Source of the DNA: Eledone cirrhosa
Lineage: Eukaryota
DNA length: 64,000 nucleotides
Assembly: GCA_964016885.1 (NCBI GenBank)
Contig: OZ024741.1
Span: forward strand, 114,638,001 to 114,702,000
Direction: 5' to 3'
Shown here one piece after another: positions 13,718 to 25,503 of the stretch; the first letter of the stretch is position 1, and each line of letters opens with the position of its first letter. The translations under genes and the position numbers were made by a program. The notes beneath the pieces were generated by a model. It was not told the DNA's origin. It saw only the letters and a list, made by a program, of their open reading frames with translations, and made no database searches.

Positions 13718-13901
13718 ACAGTCATCTTTTTTTCCATTTCTCCGAGGGTTATAAACCCCACTACCAGGCTAGAAATTTCTTTAGTCTAAAATACGGTGAA
13801 AGCTTCTAATTTCTAATTTCTAATTTTCAAACTCGCGCACCTTTTCAAAAACATACTTACATGTTTACATTTATAATTTGCTTGTATATATATAAATATA
13901 A

Positions 13902-13953
<52 letters not shown>

Positions 13954-14040
13954 ATATATTTATGGATTTTATTGTATGTGGATGTTTTGAGTTATATGTG
14001 TAAATGTGTATATGTTTCTGAGAGAGAGAGAGAGGTGGGA

Positions 14041-14398
14041 AATTTTAATTCTATTCTATTATAAGTTGAGCCAAATTATACAGCTTCATATGCAAATGAG
14101 ATTAATCACCTCATACATATTTGTATACAGCTATGTTCGAAGCTAAATTCTAATTCTATAATTTTTGCTTATACCTCTTACACCTCTCTCAAGCATAACA
14201 TCTTTTTAACTCCTGACTCTCCACATGATGTCTATGAGATTAACAACAATTATGTACCCTAAATGTTCTGAATGACTAGGATTTTAGTCACATGTTTTGA
14301 CATTCCCTATGCTCCGATGAATCCAGACTTCCCTTTGGAAGAAACAATTGTCAGCAAATAAATGTTCGAAACTAAAATTTGATTGTTTTAACACTTTG

Positions 14399-14399
<1 letters not shown>
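14041..14399 (+). mobile_element. Short Penelope-like/retrozyme-like element with partial terminal repeat and hammerhead
   Basis: ATGTTCGAA(G/A)CTAAA repeated at ~14133 and ~14362; hammerhead + AATAAA; (TA)n on the right. Confidence 0.55.
14310..14356 (+). ncRNA. Minimal type I hammerhead ribozyme (core variant CCGAUGA)
   Basis: TGCT-CCGATGA-A-TCCAGA-CTTCCCT-TTGGA-A-GAAAC-AATT-GTC^AGCA: 4-bp stem I, palindromic stem III ACAATTGT, GUC triplet; one core substitution. Confidence 0.7.
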
Positions 14400-14474
<75 letters not shown>

Positions 14475-14690
14475 CATAATCATCATCATTTTACGTCCGC
14501 TTTTCCCTGCTTGCAAGGGTGGGACGGGAACTGATTCTGGCTTGATTTCTACAGCTGGATGCCCTTCCTAACACCAACCTCATTTACAGTGAGTGCTGGG
14601 TGCTTTTTTTTCTGTGGCGCCTACACGATCACTTTACAGTGTGGGCTGGGTGCTTTTTTTTTGACGTGGCACCTCCACTTTGCAGTGGAA
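14475..14690 (-). mobile_element. SINE 3' portion with (GAT)n tail
   Basis: CATCATCAT tail on the plus strand and GCTGGATGCCCTTCCTAACACCAACC motif; related fragment near 18030-18110. Confidence 0.6.
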
Positions 14691-14700
14691 TGATAGGGAC

Positions 14701-14849
14701 CCCAGTTCTATCATCTCATTTCTACATCTGAGTAAACTGGAGCAATGTGAAATAAAGTGTCTTGCTCAAGGAAACAACACATCACCTGGTCTGAGAATTG
14801 AACTCACAACATTTCGATTGCAAGCCCAATGCTCTAACCACTAAGCCAT
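14701..14849 (-). mobile_element. tRNA-derived CORE-type SINE
   Basis: Reverse complement reads TGGCTTAGTGG (A-box), GAGTTCAATTC (B-box), then CCTTGAGCAAGACACTT...CCAGTTTACTCAGATGTAGAAATG (CORE-domain-like). Confidence 0.8.
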
Positions 14850-14894
14850 ATAAAGTAAGTCCATAGGATCATTAGATAAAATATATAGAGTATT

Positions 14895-14930
<36 letters not shown>

Positions 14931-15579
14931 CGGAAAAAATGAAACGAAATTTCATTTCCCACTCTTAGTACGGCTGTTACTTAAATATAAGTATGTACAC
15001 GTACATACATATATGTATACAGACGTACAGTAGTATGTATATATATACATACATGCACACATATATATATGCACGTATGGAATCACCGAACATTTATTAT
15101 AATGCTCGGTGTGTTTGTAAACAAACATCCCGTATTAAGCCGTAGTGTCCAGCAACCATCGTTGCTCGTTTGTTCAACACTGACAAAGGAACGCTGTACT
15201 AGTTTCAAGCTTATCAGCTATCGTCAGCAACGTATACCTTCCTGCCAGATTGTTGAATGTATATACTTACCTTATGCATATTAACGGCTGAGTAGCCCAA
15301 TTTGCATATCGAATGGGTTAATCGGCCGGGTGCACCGAAAACGATAAACGAAAAAAATGAAACGAAATTTCATTTCCCACTCTTAGTACGGTTGTTACTT
15401 AAATATAAGTATGTACACGTACATACATATATGAATACATACGTACAGTAGTATGTATATATATATATACATACATGCACACATATATATATATATATGC
15501 ACGTATGGATTCACCGAACATTTATTATAATGCTCGGTGTGTTTGTAAACAAACATCCCGTATTAAGCCGTAGTGTCCA
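14931..15579 (-). mobile_element. Partial-tandem non-coding element (418-bp period) carrying a hammerhead, flanked by (TA)n
   Basis: Direct repeats 14931-15151 and 15349-15579; the unique middle contains the hammerhead at 15192-15232. Confidence 0.7.
15192..15232 (-). ncRNA. Minimal type I hammerhead ribozyme
   Basis: Reverse complement: CGTTG-CTGACGA-T-AGCT-GATA-AGCT-T-GAAAC-TA-GTA^CAGCG; 5-bp stem I, 4-bp stem II, palindromic stem III ACTAGT, intact core. Confidence 0.8.
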
Positions 15580-15598
15580 CATATATATATATATATAT

Positions 15599-15839
15599 AT
15601 ATAATAGAGGTGTGTATGGAAGCATATTCAATATGTTTAAGTATAATTAGCATACAAGAGTCTCCCTATGAATATTTGAAGTTGTGATAATTTCAAAGCT
15701 ACCTAGGTGGCGGTATGATAACATTAGATACATGTTTCTAGAGTTTTATACTGAGATTTACTGTGACTTGACCACAGCTTGAATATTTATAGCGAGACTC
15801 TTGCATGTTTATGCTGCCTTCATATACACCTCTATTATA
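15599..15839. repeat. ~240-bp imperfect foldback element
   Basis: TATAATAGAGGTGTGTATG pairs with CATATACACCTCTATTATA; CAAGAGTCTC..GAATATT pairs with AATATT..GAGACTCTTG. Confidence 0.75.
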
Positions 15840-15864
15840 AATTCTGCTTTAGTAGTGCTTACAT

Positions 15865-16084
<220 letters not shown>

Positions 16085-16096
16085 ATATATATATAC

Positions 16097-16451
16097 AAAA
16101 TAAACATATGAAACAATCACAGGGGATAATTTGTAAAGAGTGTAAGCACACACAGCTAGGTAGGTAACTAATTAAAGTTTAACTAGAACTTAAAAATGAT
16201 TAATATTGTATATATTTCATTAAATAAAGAAATATATTTCACCATCAATCGGTAAATCACAGTAGTCAAATCCCGAATCGTCAGCAAAGGAGAAGATTTA
16301 ACTATCTGCGTTTACGCAGCAAATGCAAATCTGTGATTTACTAGAAGCACGTGTTGCATTTAAAAAAAAATACACACTAGTTACCTACCTAGCTGTGTGT
16401 GCTTACACTATTTACAAATTATCTCCTGTGATTGTTTTATGTGTTTATTTT
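16097..16451. mobile_element. TA-flanked element with ~75-bp terminal inverted repeats
   Basis: 16097-16170 is the imperfect reverse complement of 16378-16451. Confidence 0.75.
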
Positions 16452-16579
16452 ATATATGTATATATATATATTTCTAGTTGATATAAATGTTCGGATCTAT
16501 TCATTGGAATCTTTGAGCATATTCTACAGAGGTTATGGCACATGTTTCTCAGACATGACATCCTTAATTTAATTTTGGT

Positions 16580-16607
<28 letters not shown>

Positions 16608-16612
<5 letters not shown>

Positions 16613-16841
16613 AAAGGTGCCAAGATAACGATAGAATCTTACCTTAGCAAATTTAACGATCCCAAATACCATCAGGTTTAAATTAAATTCTGTCTTCCTA
16701 ACAACAAGTCATCTCCGACAGATCTTTTAAGACCTTCACCGGGATATCCCCTTGATAAAAGGTTTTTAAACCTGAAAATATTTAAAATAGTTAAATTTGC
16801 TAAGTTAATATTCTATCGTTATCTTGGCACATTTACATTTC
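16608..16841. repeat. ~50-bp inverted repeat element adjacent to (TA)n
   Basis: GTGCCAAGATAACGATAGAAT..CTTAGCAAATTTAAC vs GTTAAATTTGCTAAG..ATTCTATCGTTATCTTGGCAC. Confidence 0.75.
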
Positions 16842-16921
16842 TAATGCATTTTATGGTGTTTAAAATTATTTAAATTTATGTTTCCTTTTCAAGAATGCTT
16901 GAAGCAAACTACAGCACTCTG

Positions 16922-16975
<54 letters not shown>

Positions 16976-17155
16976 GTGTCCCAGCATGGCCTCAGCCTGT
17001 GGACTGGAACACGTAATAGTGTAATGGAGTAACATATATAAGAATGTGTTTGGAGCATATCATCTCAAAAGAAGAATTTGTGACTATTTATATATCCAAA
17101 ATAATAAACATATTCTATTACCAGCACGACAGTTGTGAATCGCAGCTGCTACCAC

Positions 17156-17158
<3 letters not shown>

Positions 17159-17208
<50 letters not shown>

Positions 17209-17239
17209 GTCTTTCAAACACATACACACACACACACGC

Positions 17240-17312
<73 letters not shown>
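17159..17312. repeat. (CT)n/(CA)n microsatellite
   Basis: Seen directly. Confidence 0.95.
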
Positions 17313-17313
<1 letters not shown>

Positions 17314-17429
17314 TCCTTCTCTCTCGCTCTTTCCCTTTGCCTGCATCCCTTCACTCAACCTTTCACTCTTTCTCCTTCTACGCTAATACCTTAATAACTC
17401 ATCAACATATTTATGAAAAATAGTAATAT

Positions 17430-18000
17430 GGATGTTATCCAACCATCTTGCTCGGAATCTAACCCTGGATCTCCTGCCGGTTGGTTTTGTCCGTAAAATC
17501 TGTCTAGCGATTCTTTCCTGAGACATTCTAACCATAGCCTGGGAGCTGTGATCTCTTATTTCGGAGGAGTAGTGGTTCTACCTGGAGTGACTCTCTGATC
17601 TCCGAGCTACGCACTCTATCAAGTAACGTTATTCCAAAGACCCTTCGGAGAAACCTCATTTCGGCCGCTTGTATTTGCGATCGTTTTCTATCGGTCATTA
17701 CCCAAGATCCATGACAATAGGCAAGGGTTTGCACGGATATCAAATTGAAGATAGCAAGTTTGGCTTTTACGCCAACTTCCCATCTTCTGATTACTGAATG
17801 CTGAAGCTCGCACATTACTGCACCATCTCCTGCAATTCTTGCACTTAATTCAGCTTCCTGTCTGCCATCACTCGGGAACACAGCCCCGAACTACTTGAAC
17901 TTCTCCACCTGCTTCAGTGGAACTCTTTTCATATGTAGAGTGCACTGTGCCGGCTTCCTTGAGAGGACAAGTGTCTCAGATTTCGAGCATCGATTTTCAT
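17430..18000 (-). mobile_element. 5'-truncated RTE-clade LINE (Rex3/Expander-like), RT C-terminal fragment
   Basis: ORF 17528-17881: KAKLAIF..WVMTDRKRSQIQAAEMRFLRRVFGITLLDRVRSSEIRESLQVEPLLL, typical of RTE/Rex3 ORF C-termini. Confidence 0.8.
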
Positions 18001-18129
18001 TCACATGTAGAGTTCTTTTTTAAGATAATGGTTTGTAATCGGATGCTTTTTTCCTACGCCAACCCTTTTAGTCGCCTCTTGTGACATGCAGGGGTGTACT
18101 GTACCTAATCTTAATCGGGTAGACATAGT

Positions 18130-18910
18130 AACCTATGAGATTCATAATTTAAAGATATCTTGGCTATCGTATTTGAGATGAAGAACATTTTTATGGCGCC
18201 TGTGTCTTTTCAATAATTTTTTTTCCATTAGAAAAAATAAATGAATAAACTCTTTGAATGTTGTTTAAAAAAAAACAACAACATTTTATATCAACGGAGC
18301 AGTATCTTTGCAAACAATAAAAACGTCTTAAAAAAAGTTCAAATTTCTTTAAATATTTAATCAAAGATATCTTTACATCTGTAGTATTATTGAAATTCCC
18401 TGCAGCCCCAAAAGAAAATTATAAATGATTTTAGTTTCCTGAATGGAACGAATGAATGATTTACCATTAATATCAGTTGACGCATCAACGTTTGAAGCTA
18501 AATATTTTACTCTAATAAAAAAAGCTTGTTCTGCAATGTTTGAAGTCATTCCAATTATTCACCCTTCAAACTATTTTTTGTTTATAAGAGCAGAATTTTG
18601 GCAATTTCTTGTTCAACTTCATTACCAAACATTGTTCTAATAATTGAATGATATGCTGAGAAATAAGTGTACTCAACTTTAATGGGTCCTTTCACGTATT
18701 ATAATGCCTTGATTGCAATCTGATGAAAAGCAGAACTTCATTTGAAATTCTTAATTTTTTTTTTTCAAAATAGCCCACATATTTTGTTTGTCAAGTAAAC
18801 TTTCGAAAGAGTATTGGTATTTGTTTTCTAATTTTACATGATTTTAAAATTTACTTCTCATTAAAATATTTTGCAAGATTTTCCTCATAGTGGCAGAGTG
18901 TACTTGATTA
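18130..18910 (-). pseudogene. Decayed hAT (Buster/Charlie, ZBED5-like) transposase
   Basis: Manual minus-strand translation across frameshifts gives IIRTMFGNEVEQEIAKILL, VDASTDINGK (cf. LDESTD), SFIRS..KDIFD and VCKDTAPL (cf. CTDGAP). Confidence 0.7.
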
Positions 18911-19835
18911 AGTGCCAATATGTTACTGATGTTTATTCTGAAGCGATATGATCTAGCTAGGACTTTTGACTCAAGATTAGTGATATTAATAAAACCTCTT
19001 TAACGGCTATGTTTCATAGAATTAAATCTATTTCTTTGTTTAAGAGTTATTACTTTAACTAAAATTAAAGAACTTCGAAACGAAATTCGTTACAATTACA
19101 TTAGTCACAGAAACTAAAAGATGTTTAACAACACTTATGACGCCAGTGTAATATATTTGTTAGCTTTCACTGAGCCATTGTTAACTTCGTATTTTATTTA
19201 TCATATTTTCATCAGTTGATGAGGGGAAGAGGGGAAAGGGCAGAGTCCACAATCCTTTTCATGGAGTCTGCGACTGGTGAGGGGGAATGATGATGATGTC
19301 CCAAACCGGACAGTTAATTTTTATTTCATTTTTAGAGCGAGCGCTGGAGTACGAATGTTTTTGTTATCAAAATGTTAGCTACATCGTTCTTATGACACTC
19401 ACCTGAAAAAGTGATACTGGAATCTGATTCGACGCAGCTCTTTTGATTTGTTTTTATTCTCACCCAAAACGTTGCAACTGGAATCTTATCTTAAATAATT
19501 CTTTTGATTCTCACCTGAAAGGTGGTATTGAAATTCGACGGTTAGTTCTTCATTATATTAATTGACTACATATGTTGGAAGATTAATGTGTCTGTTAATA
19601 CAGGTTAATACAGGTTATAGCGCTGACAAGAAGCCATTTAGGTTAGTATGTGAGAGGAGATTGAAAGTTGTTATTGAACCGTTGGTGTTTCTTAGCAGTA
19701 ATATATATGAGTTGCCTCTTATGAGCGAGTAAGGGTGTGACAGTGAGAGAGAGGAAGTATGTGCGTTTGTGTGTAAATGAGAGATAAAGAGAGCGAAAGG
19801 GGGAAATAGAGAGATTGCATATGTGTGAGTGAACG

Positions 19836-19840
<5 letters not shown>

Positions 19841-19911
<71 letters not shown>

Positions 19912-19925
19912 GAGAGAGAGAGAGA
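19841..19925. repeat. (GA)n microsatellite
   Basis: Seen directly. Confidence 0.95.
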
Positions 19926-20137
19926 TGGTGAAGTTTCGAGTAAAGTATTGACTAAACGTCTCAGTTGAAAATTCAATCTTTTACTACTTTCCAGATTGAA
20001 AGGAAACCTCTCATACAATATACATTTGATCTGTTTTTTTACCGTTTCTTATTGTTGCTACTGAATATCTTATCAAGCTACTTTCAAAACGAAATGCTAC
20101 ATTAACATGCAAAGGTTTTCGACGGTTTTATTTTCTA

Positions 20138-21039
20138 CTAGCAGTGGTATCTGGCGTTGCATGGGATAAGGTATTTTGGAACGCGGGCCGCCAACAGACC
20201 TAATCGTGGAAAAACTGCATGCGTGGACAATATGTAAAGAAAATGAACCGAATACTCTGATGGCTGGATAATCTTTAAAATTGTTCTCTATGAAGCAGGA
20301 AAAATGCAGGTTTTCACCTAATGCGGGCTTAAGGGGATCAAGAAAATGAATTTTTTTATGTGTATAATATGCCTTGAAATTCCGGGAAAATAGGCTAGAT
20401 GTAACGCCTCCAAAAAGCCCTAAAAATCTGAAAAAATGAAGTTTTTCACCTAATGCGGGCCCTAGGCCATAAAAAAGTTGGGTTTTCTTTGCTCACGGAA
20501 TGAAGAAGAGACTGACTAATACATAGTTACAATTTCAAGGAAACCAGTCTGACGTAACGACTCAAAAAACACAGAAACACCTGGAAAAACGCAGTTTACA
20601 ACTAATGCGGGCCTTAGGGGATCAACAAATTGAATTTTTTTATGTGCGTATCACTCCCTGAAATATAAGTAATACACATGTAAAGTGTGAAAAAAGTCGG
20701 TTGCGTACTTATCGAGTTTTAGGGATTCAAACACACACACACACACACAGACATCCTCAGGGAAGTGACGTAATGCAGACAGACAGATATTATAAGGGCG
20801 CGACGTTATATGTATGTATCTATCTAAAAAGAGAAAGACTAAGAATTATAGAAAGAAATCGCTAAATCGCCTAATGCGGTCCCTAGGGAAAATTTGAAAT
20901 TTGTTTTGCTCAGAACACTCCCTGAAACATAAGTATTACATGTGTAAAGTTTGAAAACAGTCCGTTGGGTGGTTCTCGAGTTTTATTGATTCAAACTCAC
21001 ACACACACAGACAGACATCCTCAGTTTTATATATATAGA
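20138..21039 (-). mobile_element. Non-autonomous Helitron
   Basis: Minus strand begins TCTATATATATAAAA and ends ..CATGCAACGCCAGATACCACTGCTAG, inserted between A and T. Internal repeats CTAATGCGG at ~20318, 20449, 20602 and 20871. Confidence 0.8.
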
Positions 21040-21101
21040 TAGCAAGATGTATGTACGTATGTATGTATGTATGTATGTATGTATGTATGTATGTATGAAT
21101 G

Positions 21102-24100
21102 TATTCTTCTGGATTTATAATTTCACAAATTTTTCCCAATAGAGAAAGAGTCGGTTTCTAACATAGACACAAGACTCTCTCATTGGAATTTACGCAACAT
21201 CAACTAGGTAGATTATGTATGCATGCATACATGCATGTGTAGATATGGATGTTATTGTATGTGTGGATGTGTATGTTTTGAGTTGTATGTGTGCCTGTGT
21301 ATATGCTTTGTATCTGTACATGTGTATATGCAGTTATTAGATGCAACATTTTTTTAATGTTTTACATATTTTTACTGTTCCGTTCATGGATTGTACTTGT
21401 AATTTCCTAACTAGTTGTGTTCTTTCTGTTCCTGCGAAGCCTAGCTTCTCAAGATTTATATTGAGGCAGCTACTAACATACCCCAGTGCCCCAATAATCA
21501 CAGGCATAAATCTAAAGGTGTAATCAGGGTGGAGTATCTGCAGATTTCTCATCAGTTCTGCGTAAATATTCTCCTTTTCGCTAATCTTTGATATTATATT
21601 GGCATCTGCTGGGCAGCTAATTTCCACTACTGTGCATGCTTTCTTCTCCCTGTCCCATATCATAATATCTGGTCTGTTATGCCTGCATTTTATTGGGGTT
21701 ATTACTGGAGCATTCCACCAGTACTCTTTCATATTATGTACATGGATGTCTTCCACATTTCTGTAGCTTTTAATGTATTTATTATCGGGGCTATCTTTTT
21801 TACGGATTGCATTGTACAGTGTTTTAGACACTACATCATGCATCATAGGTAGATAGTACCGCGATGTCATCTTTGGACAGCTGCTGATGACATGGGTGAT
21901 ATCTTCGATGTTAATTCTGCAGAGTCTGCACTTGTTATCACATCTAGGTGTTTTGCTTGCATCCCTATCTCTTTTGTGAATCAGGTATTTCGTGTTAATT
22001 TCTTGTTCTTGGATTGCAAAAGCGTATCCTTCAAAGTGGGAGCCAATATAGCGGTTGTTGGTCCAAGACAGACTACTTTCCTTATCTATATTACTCTCAC
22101 TCTGGAGCTTCCTGGCAACATATCCATGCATGATTTTTTGCTGATAAGCATGCAGTTTTTCATCCATGGATTCACTGCGATACAGCTCAGCGACTTCCTG
22201 GGGTGTGAGATTTTGATTATCACACAGGGAATATCTCTCGAGGAGTTCCTTCCCAACTCTCACGATCTTATCTGTTTCATGCAGATAGACTTGCTCGAGA
22301 GACGAGCTCCTACGCTTCGAGGTTCGTAGATGTTATCGGAAGGATATGATGCGACATTCAAATGCTGTCTGGACTGATGTTAGGCCTCTGCCTCCCTGCT
22401 TACATTTAAAGTAAAGGCGGTCTATGTCACTGTTGATGTGGATGTTTCCGGTGTTGTTTAGTATCTTTAGAGATCCAACATCAACTGCTTGGATTTCGTC
22501 TATCGCCCAATTGAGTATTCCAAACGTTGGTGTTAGGACAGGCACAGCAAACACATTGTGAGCCAGTTTTGTTTTGCGCAGAGAGTTCCGATGACCAAAT
22601 CTTTCTTAATCGGGTGTAGTATTCCTTGGTTACGCGTTCCTTATTACAGATACCATTATAGGATATGTTCTCATCTATCCCCAGGTAACTGTAGGAGTCC
22701 TCATCAGATATCGGTGAAAGAGTTAGGCCATTGATGACAATGTTGCTAGATTGGGTTGTTGTTTTCCCCCGCTTTACCGTCATATATGAGCATTTATCTT
22801 GGCCAAACTCCATTCCTATATCCTTTGAGAACGTTGTAACCAGGTCAAGATTTTTCTTCATCCCATTCTTGGCATAGAGTTTCAGATCATCCACAAAGAA
22901 ATTATGGGTTAGGTTCGTATTTTTGTCCTCCCGTGAGCCAACGATGCATCCCTCACATTTCTTGAGCAGAAAGGACAAGGGGTTTAATGACAGGTTGAAT
23001 AATATCACAGAGAGACTGTCCCCCTGAAATATACCCCTGCGATATTTTATTTTATCAGTGAAAATAGAATCCTCCCTCTCTGTCTTTAACCTTAGGATAG
23101 TAGCCCAAGAAGAAGACAGCCTCTCTATGGCTCTGACAATAATGTCTGGGACTTTAGCAAGTTGGAGGGCCTCTATCATCCAAGAGTGGGGAACAGAATC
23201 GAAAGCTTTCCTGTAGTCCAGCCAGACTGTAGCCATATTCCTCCTAAGTTGTCGCACCTCCGACATCGCAGTTTTGTTCAGCACATCCCCAAACCTCTTT
23301 CTTTCCAGGTGCTTGTTCATCTGTGATGATGTTATTATTTTGGATTGGCAGTATCGGTAGAGAGTCAGACACCATGCTTTGAAGCATAGAGTTAGTCATT
23401 TTATGATCTGAGTTCAAATCCCGCCGAGGTTAACTTTGCCATTCATCCTTACGGGGTCGATAAAATAAAGTACCAGTAATGCACTGGGTAATTTGCTGGC
23501 CGTGTGCCTAAAATAAAAACAATTATTTTCACAGTGATCTTGGAGGAATAGGTTCAGACAGGCTGTATACATCTTATACATCAGGTTCTGGCATGCAATG
23601 GGTCGGTAGCTTTTTGCTAAGTGGGTGTCTTTGTTCTTGGGGATCAGTAATGTTTGTGTTAATGTCAACCATTCTGGTATAAGTGTATCTCCCTTAAGAA
23701 CTTGTTGGTAGAGGTCAGTAAAATACCTCCGATATAATATCAGTTTTTTGTACCAGTAGCCTACAATCATGTCTCTTCCTGGTGTTTTCTTATCTTGGAG
23801 TTTTCCTATCACAGTCTCAAGGGTACCCTCACTTATTTCGTATGTTTTTGTTGTAGTGTAGGAGCAATAGTTCTTTCGGATTTCTTTTAGCCACACTGCA
23901 TCTTGGTTGAAATTCTTCTTTTCACCCCATATTTTTCTCCAAAAGGAATCTATGTCTTTCTGGGATGGGGCCTCAGTGACACTTACTATTTTGTTCTTCA
24001 TATCTCTATAGACTGATGTTTGGTTTCGTCTGATATCTTTTATTAAGCACTTTTCTCTCATCTAACTTCTTCAGGTATCGGCGTTTTTCGTTAACAGCTC

Positions 24101-25240
24101 TCAATTCTTGTTTGAGGGTGATCAGCTTATATTGAACAGTTCTGGTTCTACTGTTACCAAACATCGTCTCTATTTTATTTTTCACTCTTTGTTGGTGAGG
24201 AGTGAGGTTTTTTTGTGTTTGTTTGCATGCAAGGAGCATTGTCACATATCCTATGGTTTTTCGTAAGTCAGCAATCTTTTTTTCTATTTTAGTTATATAT
24301 GATGGTATTTTTGGTGGTGTTTTGTTCTTGTTAATATCTCTGCTATCACCAAGATAATGTTTCACTGTCGTTGCTAAGGCATATAAACAGGCGTTGATTT
24401 GCTAAAATGTTGGGGTTTTTATCCGTCGTAAATATTCATCCCCTATTTCGTCAATAACACGTATTATTTCATTATTTGTCTTTTTTTAATTAAATATTAT
24501 CGTTTTAATACGTTCAGCAAGAGAGATGTTTATACATGAATTAATTTCTCCATGGAAGATTTCGTTGAGGGAAATTTTCAATTGTTTATACTTTTGATTA
24601 TTATTATTATCGATAGTATTTTCCACAACAGTCGAGGCAGACTCGGATGGTACACGTGGTGTCAAATTTCTTCGATTATTATTATTATTATTTCTTCGAT
24701 TATTATTATTATCGATAGTGTTTTCCCCAGCATTCGAGGTAGACTTAGATGGTACACGGGGTGTCAAGTTTCTTACATTCATAGTTGTTTCAAGACACTG
24801 TTCGACCTGGTTGCTAGGAAGTCTAATAGCATGGCGACCTGTAGCACGTGTTGTTGATCCCATGTTTGTTGTGGGGGACTTACAATTAATAATATTTATC
24901 TTATTTTTACGTTCAACAAACGTCGCTTGTTGGTGTAATTGTTTCGCTGTGAAATAATTTAGCCCTGGGTCCATTTCATCCCAGTGTAGCTTCATTCTGT
25001 TCATATAGTCAATGGAGGGATTGTTCTTTGCCATTTTATAACAATTAAATAAATCATCATGAAGTTCGCAACTCCAAGAGAAATGCGATTTATAATTTCG
25101 GTTTCTTCTGTAGCTACAACTGAATACATTTTGTTTACCTTTCTCATTGTTTGTCTTCGATACTTCCTTAATTTTGTTGATGTTGATGTTGTGTTCAGCC
25201 ATGTTGTTTGTAGCAAATCCTTGTAAAATGAATTATGTAT
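21102..25240 (-). mobile_element. Near full-length R4/Dong-type RLE LINE (family A), frameshifted
   Basis: ORF pieces 25202-21337: RT (YRPIAC, WLDYRKAFDSVPH, GIFQGDSLS, FFVDD), CCHC knuckle (CRLC..H..SSC), RLE (RPDI..E..CP). 3' end abuts (TATG)n at 21047-21101. Confidence 0.93.
23341..23527 (+). mobile_element. tRNA-derived SINE inserted in the Dong RT region
   Basis: Interrupts the DHCENN|IITD coding sequence; short TTATT duplication at the flanks. Confidence 0.9.
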
Positions 25241-25269
25241 TTAGTCGGATATTTAGTCGGATATCAGGA

Positions 25270-25440
25270 AACTGGGTTAACTCAGCCATAAAACCTGCGG
25301 CTCAGTAGTTACCGATGATGTTGATCTTTTCTTCTTTTCGGGTTATAGCTACTGTCGCTCAGAGAGTGGGATTGGCTCAGTGCACAGTCTTTCCTCACTT
25401 TAAAAATATGCGTCACGCACAGGCATTGCACGAGTGCATT
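25270..25440 (+). mobile_element. Diverged RTE-5'UTR-like fragment
   Basis: AAAACCTGC..GATGATGTTGA..GAGAGTGGGATTGGCT..GCACAGGCATTGC matches the element family at 36912, 58212 and 60183. Confidence 0.55.
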
Positions 25441-25457
25441 AATAATTATTAATAGTA

Positions 25458-25502
<45 letters not shown>

Positions 25503-25503
25503 T

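Larger units (their letters stand above)
12732..13885. repeat. 291-bp unit: ~2.8 direct copies followed by ~1.2 inverted copies, flanked by (TA)n
   Basis: Unit starts at 12732, 13023 and 13314; inversion junction at ~13540; inverted copy 13541-13885. Confidence 0.95.

Noticed and set aside
12732-13885. Hammerhead within the 291-bp unit (GAAAGCTTA; CTGATAG..GAAA)
   Set aside because: No CUGANGA with compatible stems on either strand.
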